64,000 bases of DNA from a virus (Duplodnaviria > Caudoviricetes): positions 1 to 64,000 of IMG/VR virus record IMGVR_UViG_3300020316_000005. The stretch is one strand, 5' to 3'. The translations under genes and the position numbers were made by a program. Numbering within the stretch: position 1 is the first letter of the stretch; every line of letters starts with the position of its first letter. The notes beneath the pieces are model-generated. The model had not been told where the DNA came from, did no database searches, and saw nothing but the letters and a program-made list of their open reading frames with translations. This document shows, piece by piece, positions 54,251-62,800 of the stretch.

Positions 54251-54573
54251 TACTCTACGTGAACAGTACCGATCATACCCGCACCTTTATGGGGGGCACA
54301 CCAATAAGTATAGTCACCAGCGTCACTAAAGACAACATCAAACTCTTCACCAGGCAGCATTGCTAGTGCCTCGTGATCAAGTTCTGGATGATCTTCCACA
54401 ATCACATTGTGAGGTGGAAGCATATTATTAACGAAGTGTACTGATTCACCTGCAGCAATAGTTACCTCTGCTGGTTCAAATACAAGGTTACCATCGTAAC
54501 CCATCTGAACATCTACAGCCCAAGCAGGTGCAGAAAAGAAGAGTGTCGCTAGAAGTGCAAAGAAAAACTTCAT
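54250..54573 (-). CDS. petE: Plastocyanin
   Basis: Signal peptide; PHNV and YWCAPHKGAGM copper ligands. Confidence 0.96.
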   Translation of the reverse strand: MKFFFALLATLFFSAPAWAVDVQMGYDGNLVFEPAEVTIAAGESVHFVNNMLPPHNVIVEDHPELDHEALAMLPGEEFDVVFSDAGDYTYWCAPHKGAGMIGTVHVE

Positions 54574-54599
54574 TCGATAGTTAGAAATAACTAATCTAT

Positions 54600-54815
54600 C
54601 TATATCTTCCTGATAGATCTGTAACGAGGATTTGTTTTGACTTCCTCACTAACCATCTCACCAAATTCTGTAACACATTCGCACCATTTTTTTCTCGCTT
54701 CTATGGTTGCTTTAGTGTGTTTTGTCTCTATATTTTCAAATAACGCAAACCATTCGCACCAGAGGGAAGCACACTGATTAGATTTTGTTTCAAGGTGCTC
54801 CTCTCTGTACGCCAA
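54600..54815 (-). CDS. Small Cys/Trp-containing hypothetical protein
   Basis: 71 aa in operon. Confidence 0.55.
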   Translation of the reverse strand: MAYREEHLETKSNQCASLWCEWFALFENIETKHTKATIEARKKWCECVTEFGEMVSEEVKTNPRYRSIRKI

Positions 54816-54828
54816 TCATTCCTCACTG

Positions 54829-55113
54829 CTACTCTCTATTCCACCACTGCTCTGCGCCTTCACCATATTTCTCACCAAAAGTATCAAGATCTTGTATTCG
54901 TTTATCCCAGGTATCACCACCTGTGGATCCCTTCATAGGATTGATACATTGGTTATCTGCTAGTCTGTTGCAGACGAGACCAGCAAGATCAAGTTCATTA
55001 CCCTTTACTCCTGTACCAGACCAACGGTGTTCACCATTGATCCAGGTTGCGCCACATTTCGGGCATTCCTTTCTGCTCATAAACAGATCGGACAGCTCTT
55101 TATCAGCGGTCAT
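54829..55113 (-). CDS. Cys-rich hypothetical protein
   Basis: CPKCGATW...DLAGLVCN...CINP. Confidence 0.7.
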   Translation of the reverse strand: MTADKELSDLFMSRKECPKCGATWINGEHRWSGTGVKGNELDLAGLVCNRLADNQCINPMKGSTGGDTWDKRIQDLDTFGEKYGEGAEQWWNRE

Positions 55114-55324
55114 TAGGATTGTTCTCCTTGATTAGTTGTGTGTATTTGGCGGTGTCTCTAAGCAAAGATCGCTTGAGTTTCCTTTTCATCAGATACATCC
55201 TAAACCTGATCCAGGAATACCGCAACTCTAGATCCACATATGCGAATAACCTCATCGTTGCATCATACCCTGCTACAGCGAACAGGATGGTTACAAAGAC
55301 AAGGATAAGGTATACACCTGCCAT
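55103..55324 (-). CDS. Small N-terminal TM protein
   Basis: Hydrophobic N-terminus, basic C-terminus. Confidence 0.6.
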   Translation of the reverse strand: MAGVYLILVFVTILFAVAGYDATMRLFAYVDLELRYSWIRFRMYLMKRKLKRSLLRDTAKYTQLIKENNPNDR

Positions 55325-55347
55325 AGTGGTATCATCCAGATACAGAA

Positions 55348-55365
55348 ATTATACCACTATTTAAT
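55348..55365 (-). promoter_or_regulatory. Tandem late promoter ATTAAATA and extended -10 TGGTATAAT
   Basis: Intergenic, at the head of the petE-PTOX-gnd-zwf block. Confidence 0.5.
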
Positions 55366-55368
55366 AAA

Positions 55369-55806
55369 TTAGCACTTCCACTTTCTAAGTGCGAGTGCTT
55401 TACGTGTTGGTTTCCCATTTTCGTCCTTCATTGGACCTTTCATACCACCCATACGGGCACAGAAAGATCTCTTACGAGGACCACCTTCGGGTTGAGGTGC
55501 CTTCAAATCTGAACCAGGGTTCTCTCTTTCATAGGACTTACGTCCTTTCTCATTCAGACCACCAGAAGGATTCTTTCCTTCTTTGCGCTGCCAAGCACTT
55601 TCCTTGACATCAGCAGCTGCTTTTCCAGAATACTTTCTCTTTGAATTACGTTTCGCTGTATCGTCAATCTCTTTCATTTTAAGAGCGTGACTCATTTTTC
55701 TACGAATAGACGGTCTACCAATAGGAGGATTAGTCCTATCAATAACACGTGCAACCTTTAGGGCTACACCCTCGTCAAATTCGTGGAACTCAGCGAAAGT
55801 CTTCAT
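55369..55806 (-). CDS. Basic protein with capsid-targeting-like N-terminus and DUF6321-like module
   Basis: MKTFAEFHEFDE-G; VKE-SAWQRKEGKNPSGGLN...SFCARM...LRKWKC. Confidence 0.75.
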   Translation of the reverse strand: MKTFAEFHEFDEGVALKVARVIDRTNPPIGRPSIRRKMSHALKMKEIDDTAKRNSKRKYSGKAAADVKESAWQRKEGKNPSGGLNEKGRKSYERENPGSDLKAPQPEGGPRKRSFCARMGGMKGPMKDENGKPTRKALALRKWKC

Positions 55807-55946
55807 TGTTCTTGATTATGTTTTGGGTTAGAGGGGCAGTTCTCTTCGTGCTTCTCAATCCAAGTTTTAGGACGCCAATGTCCTTTGGGAGAAGTCAGAC
55901 CGCAATACTGACACACATAAGTGCCATCTTCACGTCGTTCAGCCAT
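55803..55946 (-). CDS. Small C2HC zinc-finger protein
   Basis: YVCQYC...HEENC; start trimmed to MAERRE. Confidence 0.6.
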   Translation of the reverse strand: MAERREDGTYVCQYCGLTSPKGHWRPKTWIEKHEENCPSNPKHNQEQ

Positions 55947-56625
55947 AGTGAAATTTCCTGTCTTTGGTTTTCTTAGGTAGTTTAGCAGATCGTACCTTCG
56001 TGGATGACGTTTCGCCATACCCTTCAGGATGTTTTCCGCCTTTTGCCTTACCGATGGAATCAGACTTAGCCTTACTTCCTTTCTCGGTATAATGTAGTTT
56101 AGCATCTTTTCCAGGCTTTTTGGTAATCACGGATTCTTGACCGTGCTTCCTACCCAGACGACGCATCACTTTACCAAAGCGGCGTCTCGACATCTTATCA
56201 GGTTTGGACGTGTGATATGAAACCTCACGACCAGTTTTACCGTCGGCATACTTGTATTCACCGACGCCTTTCTTGTGTCCGATACCGTGCTTCTTGAGAT
56301 CTTTCTCAAGACTCTTACGCTTTTCACGGTTCTTCTTCTCGTCAGAACCACGGTCAGCAGAAATGTGTCCAGTATCTTTTTTCTTTGCTTTGTCCATTGC
56401 ACGTGCGAGACCACCCTCAGCAATGAAGGTTCCGAACGGCATCAAGTAGGACTGAGTTTGCATCATCATATCCGTGCTACCTCCTCTTTGGACAGTCTTT
56501 CTTTGTAGTTGTAATCTTCTCAAGTTGAGCATCAGTTGCCTACGATCAAGCATCTGCTTTTGCTTCTTAACTTGATTACCAGCACCACCTTTTTGTTGCT
56601 GTTGTTCTGGTTGATTTTCCATCAC
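55939..56625 (-). CDS. SAM lyase (T3 SAMase)-like domain behind a capsid-targeting-like propeptide
   Basis: ISADR...N...GEY...EVS...GQESVI...AKLHY pattern; MPFGTFIAE-G. Confidence 0.6.
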   Translation of the reverse strand: MMENQPEQQQQKGGAGNQVKKQKQMLDRRQLMLNLRRLQLQRKTVQRGGSTDMMMQTQSYLMPFGTFIAEGGLARAMDKAKKKDTGHISADRGSDEKKNREKRKSLEKDLKKHGIGHKKGVGEYKYADGKTGREVSYHTSKPDKMSRRRFGKVMRRLGRKHGQESVITKKPGKDAKLHYTEKGSKAKSDSIGKAKGGKHPEGYGETSSTKVRSAKLPKKTKDRKFHYG

Positions 56626-56903
56626 TGACGAGCAACTTTAGTACACTTGAGACCATTACCATCGATAGTTTCGAGTGCATCTTTCTCAAGATACATAACA
56701 CCGCCTGCTTCGATGCTGACAGTACGCGAACCCAGTGCAACATACTTGGTGCCATCACCACGGGCGCTAACAACAGCAGCGTCATCAATCGTCAAAACAA
56801 TGGTTGCTCCAGTGTCATTCACAACACGTACAGCAGTTGCTTTGCTCAAGTTAGTTGCACTACTGAGAGTCACCTCAGCAGCCATTACTCTTACTCTATC
56901 CAT
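56622..56903 (-). CDS. Small beta-rich late protein (possible virion component)
   Basis: 93 aa, directly below a late promoter. Confidence 0.65.
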   Translation of the reverse strand: MDRVRVMAAEVTLSSATNLSKATAVRVVNDTGATIVLTIDDAAVVSARGDGTKYVALGSRTVSIEAGGVMYLEKDALETIDGNGLKCTKVARQ

Positions 56904-56926
56904 TTCTGATTACAGGGTGGTGTGTA

Positions 56927-57385
56927 CTATTTATCATTTTGTTTCTGTTGTTTCAGAAACTTGGCAAGTTCTGCTGTGCTACCAACGAACATAGTGTTGT
57001 TAGTGACATTTTGTGCTGCCTTACCTTGTGGACCTTCTTCCAGTTCCTGCATCTTTTTCTGCAGGTCGATAAGTTTGTCCGTAGTGTCAGCAATATTTTT
57101 AATCATATTGCCAGCGACTTCATATGCTCTAGGAGAATCGGACTCTTGTGCTAACTCAAGAATACCGTCAACTGCCTCTTGACCCTTTTCGATTAAAGAG
57201 TATAAGTTCCCACGAGTATATTCATAGTCTTTGGAAACTTGTTCTGATGTTGCAGCAGGAACTATCTCAGCAGTTTTTTTCTCTGCTGGTACGATTTGGG
57301 TTTCAACATCAAGAGCATCTTCAATACCCTCATACTTTTGAAACTTATTCGTCGTTTCCTGTGACTGGGTTTCTTGAGAGTCCAT
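56927..57385 (-). CDS. g16: Terminase small subunit gp16
   Basis: DYEYTRGNL...PRAYEV...FVGSTAEL; start trimmed. Confidence 0.92.
   Translation of the reverse strand: MDSQETQSQETTNKFQKYEGIEDALDVETQIVPAEKKTAEIVPAATSEQVSKDYEYTRGNLYSLIEKGQEAVDGILELAQESDSPRAYEVAGNMIKNIADTTDKLIDLQKKMQELEEGPQGKAAQNVTNNTMFVGSTAELAKFLKQQKQNDK
56928..56935 (-). promoter_or_regulatory. Late promoter GATAAATA
   Basis: Overlaps the g16 stop, about 25 nt before 56903. Confidence 0.7.
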
Positions 57386-58142
57386 CTGTAAATTCACTGA
57401 ATAGTTCATTAAAACCAAAGTTGTCGTCTGGATCTGCCGTAATGGGATCAGGCGTGACGGTATAACGTTGTTCACGAGGTGCAGTCCTCTTAGAATCCAA
57501 CGCAGTATCAACGATTGCCTTCTTGATAAGCTTATCGGTTGTATCGGTAACGGGACCGTACAGATAAGTCTTAGCGGTAAACGACAGTGTGTAGATCAGA
57601 GTTCTACGTGTTGTATAGTCTCCCTCATAATCATCTTCATAAGATACTGAGTTGAGAGACACTGGGAAATCCTTTGATTCTCCAAGTTCAGGAACTAGGT
57701 TGATCGTGATATTGAAGAATGGTTGGAAGAACGGAAGAATCTGCTCTAGAATTTGTAGACCATCATCTTGGTTCTTCGACATAATTGCCAGTTCAAAATC
57801 CACATTGTATGGAACTGGCATAAAGGATTTCTTAGTTTTACCGTCCGACTGAACGTGACGGAGCACCTGTGTAGGTGAAACTTTTCTGGTTGCATCGTAA
57901 GAGAATCCAGAGATCTCAAACGAGATTCTGGGCAAGGTAATCTGAATAGCGTCTTTAGTTGTCAGATCACCAACCTGTCTCAAACGAGCAAGGAATTTTT
58001 CTTTAGGACCATATGCCAAAGGCACCTTCATAACTTCAGTCTTGGATCCACTTGTTCGTTTGATCTCAATGTTATTGAAGAGTGTACCGAAAGCAACTAC
58101 AGTCTTTCTAAAGATTTCATTGTAAGAGTATGTACCTAGCAT
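57345..58142 (-). CDS. g15: Tail sheath stabiliser / terminator gp15
   Basis: FGTLFNNI, VPLAYGPKEKF, LPRISFE, EQILPFF.P. Confidence 0.95.
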   Translation of the reverse strand: MLGTYSYNEIFRKTVVAFGTLFNNIEIKRTSGSKTEVMKVPLAYGPKEKFLARLRQVGDLTTKDAIQITLPRISFEISGFSYDATRKVSPTQVLRHVQSDGKTKKSFMPVPYNVDFELAIMSKNQDDGLQILEQILPFFQPFFNITINLVPELGESKDFPVSLNSVSYEDDYEGDYTTRRTLIYTLSFTAKTYLYGPVTDTTDKLIKKAIVDTALDSKRTAPREQRYTVTPDPITADPDDNFGFNELFSEFTDGLSRNPVTGNDE

Positions 58143-59008
58143 TAGTTAGCGCCTCCGATTTCACCGAAGGGATTGGATTGCGTAAAGTCAAGAATGGAAT
58201 CTGCCTCAGTCTCAAATAATTGATTCTGATCGTATTCCGAATTTGTATTATTTAGAGTATTGTAACTGCTAGTGGTCCAGGCAGCACCAGAAGTCTGACC
58301 TGTGAGAGTCTCGGGAATAGTAAAGATGCCTGTTCTGTTATAGACTTGCAGTTGTCTATTTGCACTATCGAACGACTTGACTTCTGCCTGAACGTTGGAT
58401 GTGCCACCAACAATAGTTTCACCAACAGTAAATGTACCAGTACCACCTTCTGCAAAGTTGATGGTAATGGTTTGATCCAGATTGCGTTCGATAACATCGA
58501 TTGCTTCGACGCCAGTGTCGAGATCCTCGCCGCTGTACTCGTACAGCTCACACTTGAGACCCCAGACGTGAATCTTGTTTAACTGATAGAAAGGTTGTTC
58601 GTGCTCAACATATTGAATCTGGAACAACTTACCTGCCAGCGGGAAGTATATAAGGTCACCTTCATTAGGTCTTCCTTCTACAACCAGGGTTGTATTGTCA
58701 TCAACGAGATCTTGGAATCTCTTACGTGCAATGATGAAGTTTACCTGGTCCGAAATACGAACACCAAACTTGGAAAAGAGATCTCCATCTCCACCAAATC
58801 CCTGAACGTTTTCTAGATACGCTTCAATTTGATATGCTGAGTCAAAAGAAGACAGAGCATCTTCGCCAAATACTTGATCCTCACCCACCAAAGTTCTGGG
58901 GATATAATAAACGTCTGTCCCGAACATCTTAATTTGTTCGACGACAAGATCCTCCACGAGCTGCTGCTCGCCAGTTGTACCTTGAGTGAAATAGGAATTA
59001 GTAGGCAT
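58142..59008 (-). CDS. g14: Neck protein gp14
   Basis: G.DVYYIPR, RPNEGDLIYFP, PFYQL, DF..SNPFG. Confidence 0.95.
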   Translation of the reverse strand: MPTNSYFTQGTTGEQQLVEDLVVEQIKMFGTDVYYIPRTLVGEDQVFGEDALSSFDSAYQIEAYLENVQGFGGDGDLFSKFGVRISDQVNFIIARKRFQDLVDDNTTLVVEGRPNEGDLIYFPLAGKLFQIQYVEHEQPFYQLNKIHVWGLKCELYEYSGEDLDTGVEAIDVIERNLDQTITINFAEGGTGTFTVGETIVGGTSNVQAEVKSFDSANRQLQVYNRTGIFTIPETLTGQTSGAAWTTSSYNTLNNTNSEYDQNQLFETEADSILDFTQSNPFGEIGGAN

Positions 59009-59009
59009 C

Positions 59010-59804
59010 TTATCCGATCATATCTAGGGGTGGCATTTCGTATGTAGCGCGAAGTTTCTCTTCCAGTGCTTGCAGTTCTTCAACAGCATCACTGTAGATC
59101 TTTTCGCCATTGAGGGTAACACCACCAGGAAGTTGTACGTTTTGGAACTTCGTCAGGTTGGTACCCCAATACTTTTTGATCAGTGCAGTTGCATAATCTT
59201 TGACCCACATAGTCCCGTAGATTTTGGACCAATTAGCAGGATCAAGTGCACGCACACAATCGATAATGATATATTCATCTTCACGGATGTCGGATAAAAC
59301 ATCCATATCAATGTACAGACGATTGTTGACTTGGTTATATCTTGTAGGTTTCATACCTTCCAGAAGGAAGTTGATAGTCTCCAAGTGTGTCTGAATCATA
59401 AAGTAATGATAGAACTGTGTTGATGTGAAATCAAACAAATCATTCAGTCTCAACTGGTAACGAATGTCGAACATATTCTGAGTACCTTTATCTTGGAAAG
59501 AAAAGATACCGTTGACAGAAGTTACGTGGTCGGGAACTGTAATATAATTGTTCTGTGTAAAGAACTCATTACTACCAACAGTCTCAGTGGTATTTGTCCT
59601 AAACGCATCAATCTCTGCCTGAGAGAATTGGTGCTTCAGGAAAACTTTCTCACTACCACTGTAGTGGAACTCTTGGAACATCTCGATAGTGTAATCGAGA
59701 GCATCATCAACTTGATCATCAGATACATTAACTTCCAAGACTGGTTTACCCAATCTACGGAGCGCATACTCCTTGAGTTCTGCTTTGCTTGTTGGATTAG
59801 CCAT
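59010..59804 (-). CDS. g13: Neck protein gp13
   Basis: LRRLGKPVLEVNV, WVKDYATALIK, LPGGVTLNG. Confidence 0.95.
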   Translation of the reverse strand: MANPTSKAELKEYALRRLGKPVLEVNVSDDQVDDALDYTIEMFQEFHYSGSEKVFLKHQFSQAEIDAFRTNTTETVGSNEFFTQNNYITVPDHVTSVNGIFSFQDKGTQNMFDIRYQLRLNDLFDFTSTQFYHYFMIQTHLETINFLLEGMKPTRYNQVNNRLYIDMDVLSDIREDEYIIIDCVRALDPANWSKIYGTMWVKDYATALIKKYWGTNLTKFQNVQLPGGVTLNGEKIYSDAVEELQALEEKLRATYEMPPLDMIG

Positions 59805-59810
59805 TAGTTA

Positions 59811-62800
59811 TCAGCGAGTGAGAGCGGCAAGTGCTGCCTTGAGTTGAGTCACAGTTGTGATAGAAGCATCATTACCGATCGCGTTGAGAGCGGTGAAGAG
59901 ATCATCAATGTCAGTATCATTGGTGTCTGCCTGCGTGCCCTGTGCAGCAGTTGCATATGCAGTGCTGTCAGTAGCAGCGGCACTACCCAGAGTGGGTTTG
60001 CCAGTCAGGTCAGCATAAGCACCAGAGAATAATGTAGGTTTGCCAGTCAGATCTGCATATGCTCCAGAGAAGAGCGTAGGCAGGTTGCCAAGATCATTGT
60101 AGGATCCAGTGGTTGCTACGGTTGCCAGGTCACCTGGTTGTGTAGCGGAATCTGCCAGAGCACCCTGTGCAGTAGTAGCAGCGAGAGCACCGATACGAGC
60201 ATCAACACGAGCCTGTGTGTAATAAAGGTTGGTGCCTTCTGCAAGATCACCAGTGTCCTTAGCAGCGAATCCTGCATCAACTCTTGCGTCAGCACGAGCT
60301 TGTGTATAGTAAAGGTTTGTTCCTTCAGTAAGATCGCCAGTATCCTTAGTAGCGAGACTTGCGTCAAAGCGTGCCTCAGTATAGAAGATGTTCGTAGAAC
60401 CTTCTGTAAGGTTGTCTGTATTGATGTCTGCGGGAACTGCGGACAACGTAAGCATATTGCCTGCGTCATCATACGTTGCCGAAATACCTGTGCCGCCAGT
60501 AATCAGGTTAGCAACACGATCATCAACTCTCTCCTCGGTGAAGTAGAGGTTGGTAGATCCTTCAGTCAGAGCATCAGTATCGTGGTTTGCGATAGAACCA
60601 ACCTGAGACTGGAAGAAGGTAATGGTTCCAGTAACGTTCAAGTTACCCTGAACCTCAAAGTTCGTCGTGGAGACGAAGTTCGTAACACTCAGAGTGTTAG
60701 AGAACGGGTTGTAAGTGAGGTTCTGAGAGTCAACAAACGCACCAGTGTGACCAGTGTTTGCAGCAGCAAACATTGGATAGAAGGTGGTGTTGTTGTTCGT
60801 ATTTGTAATATCAATGTTGTCTGCATTAGTTGCAGTACCTGTCACATCACCAGTCAAGTTACCAGTGATTTGACCAGTAACACCCAGAGTGCCACCGATA
60901 GTCGTTGCTTGTGCAACGTTCAGAGTACCGTCGGTGCTGATGTTACCGTTGGTTGCAGTGATTGTGGTCTTAACACCACCGCTGCCACCGACCATAAAGT
61001 TGCCGCCAACGTTCAGTCTCTTGGAGATGGATGCACCACCAGCAGTGTAGAACGCAGCAGAAGTGTTGTTGTATCCAGTAGAGTCGGAAGACTTCAGGAT
61101 ACGCATAATACCGCTAACGTTAGTGGTAGAGTTCGAGTTGCTAATAGCAATCGAAGTACCGCTAAAGTCAACATTGTTATCAGCGTTAAGAACGCCAAGT
61201 TCAGTTGTTCCAGTAACGTCAAGAGCACCAGCAATATCTGTGTTACCAGTTGAAGATGCAACGACAAACTTGTTAGTATTGATGGAGAAGTTACCACCAA
61301 GAGTCAAAGTAGACTGGAGATCCGCAACACCAGATGCTGACAGAGATGTCAGAGTTGTTGCACCAGTGACACCCAAGGTACCTGCAACAGCACTGTTACC
61401 AGTAGGTCCGTCAACAGTGAAGTTACCAGCACCAACGTCGAGGTCATCACCGATGAATGCTTTCTTGGTTACTGCAAGACCACCAGAGGTGAAGATAGAA
61501 GCACCATTGTTGGTTGCGCTAATTGCATCACTTGAATTATTAAAACGTGCTTTCTCTGTATAAGTTTGAATGCCTGCATAGTTGACAGTTCCATCAATGA
61601 CGGAGTTGCCATAAACGCGAACATCACCTTGAGCAACCAGATTGCCACCGATAGATGCACCACCCGTAACTCTAAGAGCACCGTCACCACTGTAAGAACC
61701 AGTTGTGGTTGCAGCAGATGCGTTAGTAATGGTGGTGATTCCAGTAACACCCAGGCTGTTATTGACGTTAGATGCACCACTGACATCAAATGTGCCACCA
61801 ACTGTTGTGTTAGAGGTCACTGCAAGGGTGCTAGACAGCGTTGTAGCCGCTGTTACGCCCAAAGTGCCACCGACGGTTGTATTGCTGCTTACAGCGAGTC
61901 CTTGTTGGAGGGTTGCTTGTCCAGCAGATGTGAACGTACCTGCAACAAGAGTGTTACCAGACGAAGAGGCAACAGTAAACTTATTAGTATTAACTCTAAA
62001 GTCGCTGGTAAGATCGAAGTCACCAGTTACATCAAGGTTGCCACCGATTGCTGTATCATCGGCAACTGAGAGGTCATCTCCCACATAAAGATCCATACCG
62101 ATGCCAGCACCGCCGCCAACGATAAGAGCACCAGAAGAAGAGTTAGTTGCGTTGGTTGTATCGAATAGTTTGATTGAACCTGCATCGATACCTGATCTTG
62201 TTCCTGAGAATGCTTCACTTGAATTTGTTGCGTTATGATAAAGAGCAAATCTTGAGGCAGAATTATCCCAACCAAAGAAACCGATCTTTGCGCTGCCAGA
62301 ATAATATCTAAACTCAATACCTCTGTCCTTAGCATCTGCCTGAGAAGGAGCAGTATCGCCACCCAGAGTAAAGACGGGATCATCCAGAGTCTGAGTTGTG
62401 GAGTTAATAGTTGTTGTAGAACCATTAACAGTCAGGTTTCCTTCCAGTACGGTGTTTCCATCAACTGTAAAGTCACCATTAACAGTAGCGTTGTCAGTAA
62501 AGGTAGCATCGCTATTAACTGTCAATGTGTCAGAATTGGCATTACCAATAGTGACGTTGTGTGTAAATGAGGTCGGGTTGTTAAAGGTTGCCTCACCGTG
62601 GACTGTAAGGGTACCAGCAGAGTTAGAACCCTGACCCACACGTCCAATCTCGGTGTTACCAGATTCACCAAGGACACTGAATTCAACAGTATCACCAGAA
62701 TTCAGTTTACCGATGTATAGGTCATCACCAATGTGGAGGTCGGTAGCAATACCAGCACCACCATAAACTCTCAGGTTGGAATTACCGTGAGTCGCATAAT

